DNA of 57,109 nt from a virus (taxonomy: Duplodnaviria > Caudoviricetes). Below, one piece after another: positions 43,771 through 53,599 of the stretch. A program made the translations under genes and the position numbers. The stretch spans positions 1 to 57,109 of IMG/VR virus record IMGVR_UViG_3300047300_000237. One strand, 5' to 3'. The notes under the pieces are model-generated. The model saw nothing but the letters and a program-made list of their open reading frames with translations, had not been told where the DNA came from and did no database searches. The number at the start of each line of letters is the position of its first letter. Within the stretch, counting starts at the first letter, position 1.

Positions 43771-44103
43771 ATGATTAAGGTTTACCAGATCCAGTTGTCG
43801 AATGCCGACATTCATCTCATCAACAATGATGGTGAGCATACTCCCAAGATCAAGGCTTTCTTTGATCGTTCTTTCGAACGCACTTTCAAGGCTGAAAACT
43901 TCCAGTATTACACCCACGTTGCCAACGTTGACGTTGACGGCTTCGAACAGGCTTTCCGAGTGATGAACCTCTGGGAAGATGATGAGAACTTCGACCGTCT
44001 CGAACTCCTTGAGCGTTGTGCATCAATGTCGGTTGGTGATATCGTTGCTGATCATGACGGTACGCTGTATCGTTGCGCTTCGTTTGGGTTCACTAAGATT
44101 TAA
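43771..44103 (+). CDS. Hypothetical protein (YodL-like SMSVGD motif)
   Basis: VYQI...SMSVGDIV...YRCASFGF. Confidence 0.75.
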   Translation: MIKVYQIQLSNADIHLINNDGEHTPKIKAFFDRSFERTFKAENFQYYTHVANVDVDGFEQAFRVMNLWEDDENFDRLELLERCASMSVGDIVADHDGTLYRCASFGFTKI

Positions 44104-44684
44104 TGGAGATAGTCATGTCTGATTATAAGGAAATGTCTTCTTGGGTAGATTTTGGACTATGGAATAAGATTTGCTCCATAGTATACAACACGAAGTCGCT
44201 AAATAGTCCCAGCAATAGATTCCTGAAGGAACAATACATTCTTGCTGGGTTGCAACAATCAAATGTTCGGAATAACATATCTTGGTTAGACTATCAAGAT
44301 TACGACATTTCATTCAATGATTGGCAAGCAGGAAAAATCGAAGTTAAAACCGGAAACGGAATGCTTTTTACTCCAAAGGGTAAAGCGAAAAAGGTAGTTA
44401 AAATCAAAGTCAAGAACAATCTGGGTGGTGTTCAGGGTAGAACTACACTAGATAAAGTCTTTGATCATATGATGGTAGTTCAGTTGTATCCTATTTTCTG
44501 CGTTGCATTTGTTCCCTATAGCACAGTAGAAAAATATCTAACTATTTTGAGTGATGGTTTTGGTGCAGACATTCCATTTGAAGAATTTGAAATTGTATAT
44601 CAGCAAAAAACATTTGCTACCGATGCTATGCTACCAGATCCTAAACAAATCGTATTGGCTCAATTGAAGAGCATGGAGTTATGA
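44103..44684 (+). CDS. Putative PD-(D/E)xK nuclease
   Basis: YDI...IEVKT motif; AT-rich. Confidence 0.55.
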   Translation: MEIVMSDYKEMSSWVDFGLWNKICSIVYNTKSLNSPSNRFLKEQYILAGLQQSNVRNNISWLDYQDYDISFNDWQAGKIEVKTGNGMLFTPKGKAKKVVKIKVKNNLGGVQGRTTLDKVFDHMMVVQLYPIFCVAFVPYSTVEKYLTILSDGFGADIPFEEFEIVYQQKTFATDAMLPDPKQIVLAQLKSMEL

Positions 44685-44690
44685 CTTATA

Positions 44691-45542
44691 ATGTATGATA
44701 ATATTGACCCGCAGACGTTAGATCCCTCTAAAATTAGAGTGGTTCAAATCGATGCGGGTAAGATGATAAAATTTCAAAAAAATATGTCCAAGGCTATCTG
44801 GCGTCCAGCGCCAGGTAGAAAACTTGCATTCATGGTAATGCATGAAACCTCTTTGCTTGGATTGATATTCTTGGCTAGTCCTGTGATCAATATGACCGAT
44901 AGAGACAATGCTTTAGGTCTATCTAAAGATAAGAAACTTAAAGGAAAACAACTACGAAACATCGCAGATGTTTCGGTTTGCGTTCCCTCGCAGCCCTTTG
45001 GCTGGAGATGGAACGGCGGTAAACTAATGGCTATGATTGCTACTACTCTGGGCGATTACTGGGAAGATCGTTATGGAGATAAACTAGAACATGTGGTAAC
45101 CACATCTCTTTGGGGTAAAGGCTCTCAGTATAATAGAGTGTATAAATTCGTTGGATACACAAAAGGAAACGGCCACGAACATATACCAGACGAAGAATAT
45201 AAAAAAATGCTGGAATGGATGCGTAACAATAATGTTGAGATTCCATCTTGCCGGTTTGGAGCAGGCCCTAATCCAAAAATGAGACGGATTGCAGCATACC
45301 GCAAAGCGTCTGGCGATAAAACTGTTCATCTCAAACACAATAAAATTAGAGGAATATACGTCCATCCTGCAATTGACCCCGCGGACAGACTTCAAGTGAT
45401 TGAAAACTGGTATCAAAGGTGGGGCAAACCTCGTTTCGATAAAAAGAAAAATGATATTCCTCCGTATACCAACGGTCTTTCGGATAAAGACAATTTTGTT
45501 TCTCCTGATCAAACGGAGACCCTAGAAAATCTTTTTGCTTGA
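44691..45542 (+). CDS. DUF4338 / Druantia DruA-like protein
   Basis: PGRKLAF, VPSQPFG..NGGKLMA, TTSLWGKGSQYNR, GYTKG. Confidence 0.8.
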   Translation: MYDNIDPQTLDPSKIRVVQIDAGKMIKFQKNMSKAIWRPAPGRKLAFMVMHETSLLGLIFLASPVINMTDRDNALGLSKDKKLKGKQLRNIADVSVCVPSQPFGWRWNGGKLMAMIATTLGDYWEDRYGDKLEHVVTTSLWGKGSQYNRVYKFVGYTKGNGHEHIPDEEYKKMLEWMRNNNVEIPSCRFGAGPNPKMRRIAAYRKASGDKTVHLKHNKIRGIYVHPAIDPADRLQVIENWYQRWGKPRFDKKKNDIPPYTNGLSDKDNFVSPDQTETLENLFA

Positions 45543-45599
45543 CATTCCCTCTGATTATGCTATTATAAAATGTAAGTTGAAGAGAGAAAGTGATTCGTT
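45539..45599 (+). promoter_or_regulatory. Early promoter cassette (leader TGATTCG only)
   Basis: TTGACA-16 nt-TATTAT..GAGAGAAAGTGATTCGTT-ATG. Confidence 0.8.
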
Positions 45600-45749
45600 A
45601 TGAAGTATGCCCTGATGATTGCCGGTCTGATTGTGATGTGTGTTCCTGAACAGGCTGGTCTGCTTCGTTTCGCCCTGCAGGGTGGTTTCGGTCTGCTGAT
45701 GTTCATCGGTGGTGTGGCTCTCGCTCTAGAAGAAGAAAAGTATGCTTGA
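45600..45749 (+). CDS. 49-aa membrane peptide (absent from ORF track)
   Basis: MKYALMIAGLIVMCVPEQAGLLRFALQGGFGLLMFIGGVALALEEEKYA; follows the cassette. Confidence 0.7.
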   Translation: MKYALMIAGLIVMCVPEQAGLLRFALQGGFGLLMFIGGVALALEEEKYA

Positions 45750-45948
45750 GATTTTGAAATGGCTCGGCACCGCGTGTGTCATCATCGCAGCGGCATGTCG
45801 GTCGTTTGATCTTCATGCTGCTGATATGTTCTTTTCGATTGTTGGTGCCCTTGTCTGGGCGTATGCTGCTGTGAAGATGAAGGATAAGCCTCTCATGGTT
45901 GTCAACGGCTTCATCACCGCGATCCTTCTTTATGGAGTTGTGAAATGA
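45742..45948 (+). CDS. Small three-TM membrane protein
   Basis: LKWLGT...KDKPLMVVN. Confidence 0.75.
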   Translation: MLEILKWLGTACVIIAAACRSFDLHAADMFFSIVGALVWAYAAVKMKDKPLMVVNGFITAILLYGVVK

Positions 45949-46160
45949 GTTATTGGCTTCTAGTTTTTCTGTTCAACCTTGATGGTGAATTTATCGGTAA
46001 GGAAGTCTACGAGACTGCCAGCCCAGCCCAGTGCCAGCAGTTTGCAGGTGATGTCACCAAGACGATCATCAATACCAAGGTGAAGGCGCAGTTCTTCTGT
46101 GTCAGTGATGATCATTACCAGGGGCGTAAGCAGGATGAGGGTATTGACTACGATGGGTAA
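45945..46160 (+). CDS. Hypothetical protein
   Basis: Coupled ORF with two Cys. Confidence 0.7.
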   Translation: MSYWLLVFLFNLDGEFIGKEVYETASPAQCQQFAGDVTKTIINTKVKAQFFCVSDDHYQGRKQDEGIDYDG

Positions 46161-46581
46161 GTGGTCAAAGCGTTTCCTCGATCTGGCCGAGCATATTGCC
46201 GATTGGTCATATGATCCGCGCACCAAGGTAGGCGCAGTCATTGTTGATGATCAGAATCGTATCATATCGATCGGATACAATGGCTTCCCACGCGGCGTCA
46301 AGGATCTAGCCAAGCGATACGAGGACCGACCTACCAAGCACCTATTCGTGGCTCATGCCGAGCGCAATGCACTAGACAACTCTCCCATGTCGGTAGAGGG
46401 TTGCACGATGTATGTACCGCTGATGCCCTGTAATGAGTGTGCCAAGAGCATCATCCAGCGCGGTATCAAGAAGGTTATTTGTTATGAGCCTGACCGAGAA
46501 GATAACTTCAATTGGGAGATTACCGAGTTGATGTTCCGAGAGGCGGGTGTTATGTTGTATAGGATGAAACGAGATGGATAG
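46153..46581 (+). CDS. cd: dCMP deaminase
   Basis: VGAVIV, GYNG, HAERNA, PCNECAK. Confidence 0.95.
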   Translation: MGKWSKRFLDLAEHIADWSYDPRTKVGAVIVDDQNRIISIGYNGFPRGVKDLAKRYEDRPTKHLFVAHAERNALDNSPMSVEGCTMYVPLMPCNECAKSIIQRGIKKVICYEPDREDNFNWEITELMFREAGVMLYRMKRDG

Positions 46582-46756
46582 AAATTGGGTCTGGTTGCTA
46601 AATTCTATTGACAAATGTCTAGAAATATCGTATCATGCAAAGAGTGATTGGGCAAAAGAATACTGGATCAAGGTCGCTGATGATCTTGAAGAAAAATATT
46701 CTTATTTACTCGCTGGTCAACCGTGGCTGCGAACTTATGATGGAAAGCTAAACTAA
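46574..46756 (+). CDS. Hypothetical protein
   Basis: Coupled ORF; AKSDWAKEYW. Confidence 0.65.
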   Translation: MDRNWVWLLNSIDKCLEISYHAKSDWAKEYWIKVADDLEEKYSYLLAGQPWLRTYDGKLN

Positions 46757-46983
46757 TGAATCTACCTGGCGTAAGTGCTTATCGACAGCCCGTGCAGTTG
46801 CCTGGCATGAAGTATGGTGATGACCATTTTCTCAATGGTTTCACATGGCCTTACGTCAACTCTAAGGGTAAGCAGTATAACACCACGTTGACCCCTCGTG
46901 GTTGGGTTTGTGATTGTATGGGGTATAATTTCCACAACAAGTGTAAGCACATTGTTGCGGTTCATGAAAAGGTTACGTCATGA
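46756..46983 (+). CDS. SWIM zinc-finger protein
   Basis: CDCMG...KCKH. Confidence 0.8.
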   Translation: MNLPGVSAYRQPVQLPGMKYGDDHFLNGFTWPYVNSKGKQYNTTLTPRGWVCDCMGYNFHNKCKHIVAVHEKVTS

Positions 46984-47390
46984 TTATTCAGAATGCCGTG
47001 ATTTGTAACGTTTGTGATGATCTGATCTTTTCGAAGACCCGACATGACTTCGTTGAATGTAAGTGTGGTAACATTGCAGTTGATGGTGGTCAGGAATATC
47101 TGCGCCGGGTTGGCAAGGGTATCACTGATCGAACCTACACGGATATCAGTTGGGAACTTCCCGAGGAACTGTATCGTGCTTGTGCTGTTGCAGCCCAAGA
47201 AGCAGCCGACACTGGTCGCAACGCAATCGGAGTGGCTAATGCAGTGATGCGTAAGTTGCGAGAACATGATCGTATTATCGCTGACCATGAACCACGTGTC
47301 ATGGCAACGTATCAAGATGAACTAATGGTTGTGGAAGCAGATGGCACCATCAACCGCTATAAGAAGGTAATTGAAAATGAAGCATCCTGA
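46980..47390 (+). CDS. Zinc-binding hypothetical protein
   Basis: CNVC..HDFVECKCGNIAVDGG. Confidence 0.75.
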   Translation: MIIQNAVICNVCDDLIFSKTRHDFVECKCGNIAVDGGQEYLRRVGKGITDRTYTDISWELPEELYRACAVAAQEAADTGRNAIGVANAVMRKLREHDRIIADHEPRVMATYQDELMVVEADGTINRYKKVIENEAS

Positions 47391-47535
47391 TCCTAAGAAG
47401 CACCGTGATTTGTCGTTCATCAAGAGTGGTATTCGTATTGCCGCTTGCTTGATGGGAATTGGCGGATCACTAACTCTACTGGCAGTAGGTCTGTTGGTAG
47501 CAGAAATCGTTGGCGTATATGAGGAATTGGTATAA
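47377..47535 (+). CDS. 52-aa membrane protein (absent from ORF track)
   Basis: MKHPDPKKH..SFIKSGIRI..AEIVGVYEELV; coupled at both ends. Confidence 0.7.
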   Translation: MKHPDPKKHRDLSFIKSGIRIAACLMGIGGSLTLLAVGLLVAEIVGVYEELV

Positions 47536-47774
47536 TGACTAAGTTTACAGTTGAAATCGATTATGATATGTCGGATCGTATCACGTTTGAAAATCTGGCA
47601 GATTGTCGCCAGAATTTCCTAAATGACCTTGGTGCTGGCAATTCAGTGTTTGCTTGGGATGATCCAGAGCAGGATGATGCAGAAATCCAGCGCCATATCG
47701 ATGCGCTTGAGGTAGTTCTCAAGTGGTACGGCAACAAGGAACAACTTGAAAGCATCGGACTGAAATATGAATAA
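47535..47774 (+). CDS. Hypothetical protein
   Basis: Coupled ORF. Confidence 0.7.
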   Translation: MTKFTVEIDYDMSDRITFENLADCRQNFLNDLGAGNSVFAWDDPEQDDAEIQRHIDALEVVLKWYGNKEQLESIGLKYE

Positions 47775-47943
47775 GGACGGTGTAAAGCAGAAGGCACTTG
47801 ATCTTCTGCCAGCAGTGGCCGTATTTGGTATCACCGCACTCGCCGTATATGGAATCACTAAAGTAGTTAAATCTGTAAAAGATATTGACTTTCCGCTTGA
47901 TTTCGGTTATGATGAGCATCTAGAAAAGTTTATTGGTAAGTAA
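47767..47943 (+). CDS. 58-aa single-TM protein (absent from ORF track)
   Basis: MNKDGVKQKALDLLPAVAVFGITALAVYG... Confidence 0.55.
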   Translation: MNKDGVKQKALDLLPAVAVFGITALAVYGITKVVKSVKDIDFPLDFGYDEHLEKFIGK

Positions 47944-47956
47944 AGGCGTTAAAACA

Positions 47957-49129
47957 GTGACTTATTATCTTCGTAATGCAAATACCTTCCGTGTCACCGA
48001 CGAAAACTCGATTGACATTACCACTCACCTTCCTGCTGACAACTATCTGGTCAAGCAGGACCAGTTCGGCAATCTCTTCCTTGAGACTGTCGATCGGTTC
48101 GAACCTCTGACCAAGTATTACGGAGATACTCTTCGAAATGCTGATCGTATCTGGCGCACCTTCAAGGATCGCAGTGTATCCACTGGTGTTCTACTGACGG
48201 GCGAAAAGGGTTCGGGTAAGACGCTACTTGCCAAGCACCTGTCGATCCTGGGTTATCAGGAAAATATGCCTACTATCGTGATCAACTCACCGTGGGTAGG
48301 TGACAACTTCAACAAGTTGATCCAGGACATTGAACAACCGTCGGTCGTTCTGTTTGACGAATTCGAAAAGGTGTATGACCGCGACCAACAGGAGCGTATG
48401 CTTACCCTGCTTGATGGTGTGTATGCAAGCAAGACCCTGTTCGTTCTCACCTGCAACGATAAGTGGCGTGTCGATTCCCATATGCGAAATCGTCCTGGTC
48501 GTATCTTCTATGCGATTGACTTCAAGGGTCTGTCGGAAGAATTTATTCGCGACTACTGTGAGGACATGCTGAATAACAAGTCGTATATCGACCAGATCAC
48601 CAAGATCGCTACCCTGTTCTCGGAATTCAACTTCGATATGCTCAAGGCGCTTGTTGAAGATATGAACCGCTACAACGAAACGCCACAGGAAGCAATGCGT
48701 CTTCTGAATGCCAAGCCTGAGTATGATAATCAGGAACCAGATTATATGGTGCAACTGATCATCGATGGACAGATTGTTCCTGAACAGTATCTTGGCACCA
48801 AGGAACTGGATTGTAATCCTCTGACTAATGAAAGTTGGACCATCTATTATGGTCTTGATTATGCCGATGAAGAAGAGTATCTGGACAACGAGTTTGATGA
48901 ACTGGTAGCCGCACCCTCTACTACCGCTATTGGTCGTAATGAACCTTGGCGTCCAAATCGGAATCGTGTTGCGAAAAAGGTTACTAACGGTCGTGCGGTG
49001 TTTACACCTGCCGATCTTACCAGCGTCAACGCAAAGGCAGGTTCGTTTGTCTTCACTAACACAGAAGGCCAGCGTGTCCAACTGACTAAGAAGGTCGCTA
49101 AGAACAACTTCTATTGGGGTGCGCTGTAA
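47957..49129 (+). CDS. AAA+ ATPase
   Basis: GEKGSGKT, VVLFDEFEK, RPGR; GTG start assumed. Confidence 0.92.
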   Translation: MTYYLRNANTFRVTDENSIDITTHLPADNYLVKQDQFGNLFLETVDRFEPLTKYYGDTLRNADRIWRTFKDRSVSTGVLLTGEKGSGKTLLAKHLSILGYQENMPTIVINSPWVGDNFNKLIQDIEQPSVVLFDEFEKVYDRDQQERMLTLLDGVYASKTLFVLTCNDKWRVDSHMRNRPGRIFYAIDFKGLSEEFIRDYCEDMLNNKSYIDQITKIATLFSEFNFDMLKALVEDMNRYNETPQEAMRLLNAKPEYDNQEPDYMVQLIIDGQIVPEQYLGTKELDCNPLTNESWTIYYGLDYADEEEYLDNEFDELVAAPSTTAIGRNEPWRPNRNRVAKKVTNGRAVFTPADLTSVNAKAGSFVFTNTEGQRVQLTKKVAKNNFYWGAL

Positions 49130-49431
49130 TGACGTATTCTCTTCGTCGCACCCGTGATGGCGCAGGTGATAGTGGATTGATGAGTCTTGCACTCATTCCC
49201 ACTTTCGACCACGATACAGGCAAGGTTCTTAGTGTAGAGACTATCGATAACGGTCGTCCGCAACTGGGTGCTGCCATACGTGTCGGTAGTCATTATGCTC
49301 GGACCTTTGGAACTGACTGGTGGCAAACAACTCCAATTACTGCAATCCTTGAGGAACGAGTCGAAGAAGATGGAACTGAATACGTTCGCTTCAAGACTGG
49401 TAACTCTGAATATGAATGGACAAAACGATGA
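49129..49431 (+). CDS. Hypothetical protein
   Basis: DWWQTTPI..FKTGNSEY. Confidence 0.75.
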   Translation: MTYSLRRTRDGAGDSGLMSLALIPTFDHDTGKVLSVETIDNGRPQLGAAIRVGSHYARTFGTDWWQTTPITAILEERVEEDGTEYVRFKTGNSEYEWTKR

Positions 49432-49991
49432 AAGTAGAAATCGGACCATATCGTAACTGGTTTGGTCCATACCAACTGGCAGAAAAGATCATGTTCTGGA
49501 AGGACAAGGACGATGATGCCGTGTATGACTTTGGTGAAAAACTTAGCAACACATTCATCGGTGATTTCCTGCAGTGGGTAGACAGCAAGAAGAAGCGCAA
49601 GGTAAAGGTCCGTATCGATAAGTATGATACTTGGGGTATGGACCACACCCTTGCTCTTATCATTCTGCCCATGTTGAAGCAGATGCGTGACACCAAGCAC
49701 GGTTCACCTGCTGTTGATGACAAGGATGTTCCTAAACATCTTCGCTCTGGTGTTGAACCTGCGGCTGAGGACTATGAACCAGATGGCAAGTGGCACCAGC
49801 GTTGGGAATGGGTGCTGGATGAGATGATCTGGGCATTTGAACAGATTATAAATGATGATAATGATCATCAATTTTTTGATCACTCGACCGATCCTATCAC
49901 CTACGATAAGGAAGGTCACAAGAAGCACAACGAACGTATCAATCGTGGTACTACCCTGTTTGGTAAATATTATAGAGGACTTTGGGACTAA
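49428..49991 (+). CDS. Conserved phage hypothetical protein
   Basis: DTWGMDHTLA..HGSP..WVLDEMIWAF..LFGKYYRGLWD. Confidence 0.85.
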   Translation: MKVEIGPYRNWFGPYQLAEKIMFWKDKDDDAVYDFGEKLSNTFIGDFLQWVDSKKKRKVKVRIDKYDTWGMDHTLALIILPMLKQMRDTKHGSPAVDDKDVPKHLRSGVEPAAEDYEPDGKWHQRWEWVLDEMIWAFEQIINDDNDHQFFDHSTDPITYDKEGHKKHNERINRGTTLFGKYYRGLWD

Positions 49992-50170
49992 TGGTTAAAG
50001 AAGCAAAAGGTGGCACATTTGCACCCACAGACATTCCAGTGATTAAGCGGGCTTTGCACTCGTATCTACTCGACCTTATGCGTGTAGAGGGATATAGCGA
50101 AAGAGAGCCTCATCCAGATGTTGCAGTAATCTCTAATCTCCTTCACCGACTGGGACGCCTCGATGGCTAA
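49991..50170 (+). CDS. Hypothetical protein
   Basis: Coupled ORF. Confidence 0.65.
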   Translation: MVKEAKGGTFAPTDIPVIKRALHSYLLDLMRVEGYSEREPHPDVAVISNLLHRLGRLDG

Positions 50171-50441
50171 GTATCTTGTAGAGACAATCTCCATGTTCCG
50201 TATGCGGTATGTGGTTGAAGCCAATAACGCCGATGATGCGAAAGACGAAGTTACCATGAACAATGATGGTTCTCTCCATGAATTTTCACAACAACACCTA
50301 GATGAAGTAATTACCTCTGCCCGCGAGATTGACCGCGAAGAATATCTCCGCATGTTCAACGAGGATAATGATTATCTACAGGACTGGGATGAAGAACAAA
50401 AGTTCAAGTTTGTTAACGTAATCGATTATGATAGCGAGTGA
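50163..50441 (+). CDS. Hypothetical protein
   Basis: YLVETISMFRMRYVVEA. Confidence 0.75.
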   Translation: MAKYLVETISMFRMRYVVEANNADDAKDEVTMNNDGSLHEFSQQHLDEVITSAREIDREEYLRMFNEDNDYLQDWDEEQKFKFVNVIDYDSE

Positions 50442-50613
50442 AGAAGAACAGAATAGACGATTGGCTATATGCCAGCAATGTGAACACCTGAATGGCAATA
50501 CATGTGGCATTTGCCATTGCTATATGCCTGCTAAAGTGAAACTACTATATACTAAGTGTCCGCAATCAAAATGGGCGGGCGAAACATTCGTCCCCTTCTG
50601 GAGAAGAACATGA
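50428..50613 (+). CDS. Small Cys-rich protein (DUF6171-like)
   Basis: RLAICQQC..CGICHC..CP..KW. Confidence 0.75.
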   Translation: MIASEEEQNRRLAICQQCEHLNGNTCGICHCYMPAKVKLLYTKCPQSKWAGETFVPFWRRT

Positions 50614-51338
50614 AGTTATATGTAAATGGTTGTAGTTTTGCATATGGTATTGGTATCGAACGCTACAATCCTGGTAAAATGCAAGAGGTATATGAAAAGT
50701 GTGAAGCCAAGAGGTTCTCTAAGCAACTAGCCGATGCGTGGGGTTGGGAAGAAATGAACGTGGCTATCCCAGGTTCTTCAAATTCTCGTATTGCCCGTCG
50801 GGCTTTTATTGATATTCAAAAGCATCGTCCAGAACGTGCTATCATTGTTTGGTCTGATCCTTCTCGGTTCGAGTTCACCGACTACCGTGACGAACCGTAC
50901 GGTTTTAATGCAGATGCATTACAACTTCGCGGGTCATCTATTGATTTTGACGATATTCCCCGTTCTACCAAGAAAGCGTTGAAGGTTTACTACGAGCATC
51001 TATCGTCGTATCATTCGGATCTCCAGAAGACCTTATACCATGTAGCAACCATCAAGAACCTATGCGATTCGCTGAATATTCCGTGTGTGCAGATGTGGTT
51101 TAGAAATGCATGTATTGAAAACGCATTGAAGCGAGGCTTGCAGACCCGGCGACAAGCAACCAGAGATACACTAGACGAATACATTGACTACTTGGAAAAC
51201 GATCCTAATATCTTTCTGTTCAATCAAGAGCGCACCTTTGAGGCTCTAGGACATAATCTTCTGTGTCCATGGGACGATCATCCAAGTGAACAAGCACATA
51301 TTCATGTGGCCGACTGGTTCAAGGAATATTTCGAATAA
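50610..51338 (+). CDS. SGNH-hydrolase-like protein
   Basis: NGCSF, GSSN, DHPSEQAH. Confidence 0.75.
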   Translation: MKLYVNGCSFAYGIGIERYNPGKMQEVYEKCEAKRFSKQLADAWGWEEMNVAIPGSSNSRIARRAFIDIQKHRPERAIIVWSDPSRFEFTDYRDEPYGFNADALQLRGSSIDFDDIPRSTKKALKVYYEHLSSYHSDLQKTLYHVATIKNLCDSLNIPCVQMWFRNACIENALKRGLQTRRQATRDTLDEYIDYLENDPNIFLFNQERTFEALGHNLLCPWDDHPSEQAHIHVADWFKEYFE

Positions 51339-51340
51339 AT

Positions 51341-51640
51341 ATGTTTATGATAGAAAACCCATATGATCCTCACCGTCGCCTAACGACAAGAGAACGCAAA
51401 GAAAAGCGCGTTTCTTTGATGGAAGATGTTGATGACTATATCCAAGAAATCATCATGTATTGCGATGACGAAGAAGACCTCATCGCTCTAGGATCCCTCC
51501 TTCAAGTTCTATCCAAGAATGTTCTAACTTCGGTCATGGACAAGGGTGATTGGCGCCACGTAATCGACAAGTTTACCAAAGATGTCGAGAGGCACCAAAC
51601 ACCCACAGATACGCTGGAGATGATTCGCAAACACCTGTAA
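51341..51640 (+). CDS. Hypothetical protein
   Basis: 99-aa ORF. Confidence 0.65.
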   Translation: MFMIENPYDPHRRLTTRERKEKRVSLMEDVDDYIQEIIMYCDDEEDLIALGSLLQVLSKNVLTSVMDKGDWRHVIDKFTKDVERHQTPTDTLEMIRKHL

Positions 51641-51651
51641 AGGAGTATATT

Positions 51652-51840
51652 ATGACGGAAGACAGTGTTAGAAATCGTATTCGATCACTAGAACTAAAGC
51701 ACAAAGAACAAGAAGACTCCCTAGCAGAATGCTACAGGCGCCCTCAGACACCAGAATGGCTGATCAACACCATCAAGCGCCGCAAACTCAAACTAAAAGA
51801 TGAAATTGAAAGACTAAAAAATGAACATAGCCTTGGCTAA
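51652..51840 (+). CDS. DUF465/YdcH-like small coiled-coil protein
   Basis: LELKH...IKRRKLKLKDEI; AAGGAG RBS. Confidence 0.8.
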   Translation: MTEDSVRNRIRSLELKHKEQEDSLAECYRRPQTPEWLINTIKRRKLKLKDEIERLKNEHSLG

Positions 51841-52048
51841 TTGGTTTATTGACAATTGTATCAAAGGCTTTGTCTTTGCTGCATTTGTAGCAGCAACCAA
51901 ATTTTTCGTTGACGGTGAACATATTGGTAATCACGCTTTTATCGCATGGTGGATAGCGGCTATCGTTCTCGTTACAGTAACTCGCATTCTAGATGCGTTA
52001 CACCGTGCAAATCTCATTATGGAGGCCATGAATAAACATGACAATTAA
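51821..52048 (+). CDS. Small membrane protein
   Basis: Two hydrophobic segments. Confidence 0.65.
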   Translation: MNIALANWFIDNCIKGFVFAAFVAATKFFVDGEHIGNHAFIAWWIAAIVLVTVTRILDALHRANLIMEAMNKHDN

Positions 52049-52232
52049 TACTCAAATCTTTTACAGTGATATGACCAGTGATATGGAAACTGAGGCTGGC
52101 GAAAGCACTCTCAATTGTAACATTTACATTGATGCACAAGGCGTTATGCCGTCTGAAAAGGCTGCTATCAAGAAGGTATTGGACCAGGCATATAAGGATA
52201 TCAGGGCCGCGCTCTATGCCAAACAGATGTAG
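52038..52232 (+). CDS. Hypothetical protein
   Basis: Coupled ORF. Confidence 0.6.
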   Translation: MTINTQIFYSDMTSDMETEAGESTLNCNIYIDAQGVMPSEKAAIKKVLDQAYKDIRAALYAKQM

Positions 52233-52401
52233 AATTGACAACGATCATTGGCAGCATGTAGGTAAGATTTACTTTGTGCATGAAGCCAAGACCCGGGAAA
52301 ACTCCACTGCGGTGGAGTTGACCCTCGAAGATGATCACGGTAACATTTTAACCACAGTAGTGGCTAATCACCAAATCGAATGGATTGAAGATAACGCTTG
52401 A
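52216..52401 (+). CDS. Hypothetical protein
   Basis: Coupled ORF ending inside the next promoter. Confidence 0.6.
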   Translation: MPNRCRIDNDHWQHVGKIYFVHEAKTRENSTAVELTLEDDHGNILTTVVANHQIEWIEDNA

Positions 52402-52426
52402 CTTTTGGTCGCGAATCGCTTATAGT
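52398..52426 (+). promoter_or_regulatory. Early promoter cassette
   Basis: TTGACTTTTGGTCGCGAATCGCTTATAGT, nearly identical to the 34844 copy. Confidence 0.85.
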
Positions 52427-52448
52427 CAATCTGTAAGCGAAAGAGGTT

Positions 52449-52967
52449 ATGATGCAAATCAACGTTATTGGTATGGTTGGAAAGCGGGCTGAGAAAGCCA
52501 AGTTGATCGAGGCTACTGAGTTTTTTGCTGCCAAACTGATGGACCCTCGCATGGTCCGCAACCTGGTGATCGACCTTGAGATCCGCAAGAACCTAGATGT
52601 TCAAGGTGAATGCGTCGATGAAGACGGCTGCCGTAACCCTCGGTTCTTCACCATTGCCCTCAAGCACCAAGATGATCTGGACGAGATGATCAAGACCCTA
52701 GCACATGAAATGGTCCACGTCAAGCAACATGCCAAGAACGAGTTGCAGAGCGGCATCATGGTCGCCGCCCGCGGTGGCTTGAAGATGCACAGCAAGTGGA
52801 AGGGTGAAATCTGGAAGCCCAAGGCGCGTCAAGACGCCTACTACGATAGCCCGTGGGAGATTGAAGCCTACGGAATGGAAGTCGGCCTGTTCGCCAAGTG
52901 GCAGGCCACGCAAAAGGCAGAATATCAGGCTCAACTGGCTGATAGCCTTGCAAACATTTTTGAGTAA
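52449..52967 (+). CDS. Zinc metallopeptidase-like protein (HExxH)
   Basis: TLAHEMVHVKQ...PWEIEA. Confidence 0.88.
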   Translation: MMQINVIGMVGKRAEKAKLIEATEFFAAKLMDPRMVRNLVIDLEIRKNLDVQGECVDEDGCRNPRFFTIALKHQDDLDEMIKTLAHEMVHVKQHAKNELQSGIMVAARGGLKMHSKWKGEIWKPKARQDAYYDSPWEIEAYGMEVGLFAKWQATQKAEYQAQLADSLANIFE

Positions 52968-52974
52968 TGAGACA

Positions 52975-53547
52975 ATGAGTAATAGATTCCTAATCAGTGA
53001 TACCCATTTCGGTCATACCAATACGTGGCAGAAGTTCACTCTGCCCGATGGTAATCCGTTGCGTCCGTTCACCTCTACCGAAGAGATGGATGAGACGATG
53101 GTAGATAACTGGAACCGAGTGGTGCGTCCCAAGGATACAGTGTATCATCTTGGTGACGTAGTGATCGCCCGACGCAATCTGGAAACAGTGAAGCGCCTGA
53201 ATGGGCGGAAGATCCTTATTCGTGGAAACCATGACATTTTCAGGGATAAGGACTACTACGAAGCAGGATTCGAACAGATCCATGGCGTTCGCGTGTTTGT
53301 GGACAAGTTCATTCTGTCTCATATTCCACTGCATCCAGACTGTGTGGGTGAGCGGTTCAAGCGAAACGTTCATGGTCACCTACATGGCAATCGGATCATG
53401 CAAAGAGTGTTTAATCATTCGGATGATCCAGAAGATTGGGGAAGTCCGTTTGGCGATCTACGTATCGATCCTCGCTATCTGTCGGTGTGCGTGGAGCAGA
53501 TTAACTTCACTCCCGTTTCTTTTGATGAGGTTGAAAATATGACTTGA
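52975..53547 (+). CDS. Calcineurin-like metallophosphoesterase
   Basis: SDTHFGH, HLGD, GNHD, HGHLH. Confidence 0.93.
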   Translation: MSNRFLISDTHFGHTNTWQKFTLPDGNPLRPFTSTEEMDETMVDNWNRVVRPKDTVYHLGDVVIARRNLETVKRLNGRKILIRGNHDIFRDKDYYEAGFEQIHGVRVFVDKFILSHIPLHPDCVGERFKRNVHGHLHGNRIMQRVFNHSDDPEDWGSPFGDLRIDPRYLSVCVEQINFTPVSFDEVENMT

Positions 53548-53599
53548 CATAATGGCACATCCTGCTATTGTGAGTAAGTCGTTTGAAAGAAAGATAACA

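Noticed and set aside
48287-49192. 301-aa minus-strand ORF
   Set aside because: Antisense shadow of the AAA ATPase; no motifs or RBS, and the whole window is + strand coded
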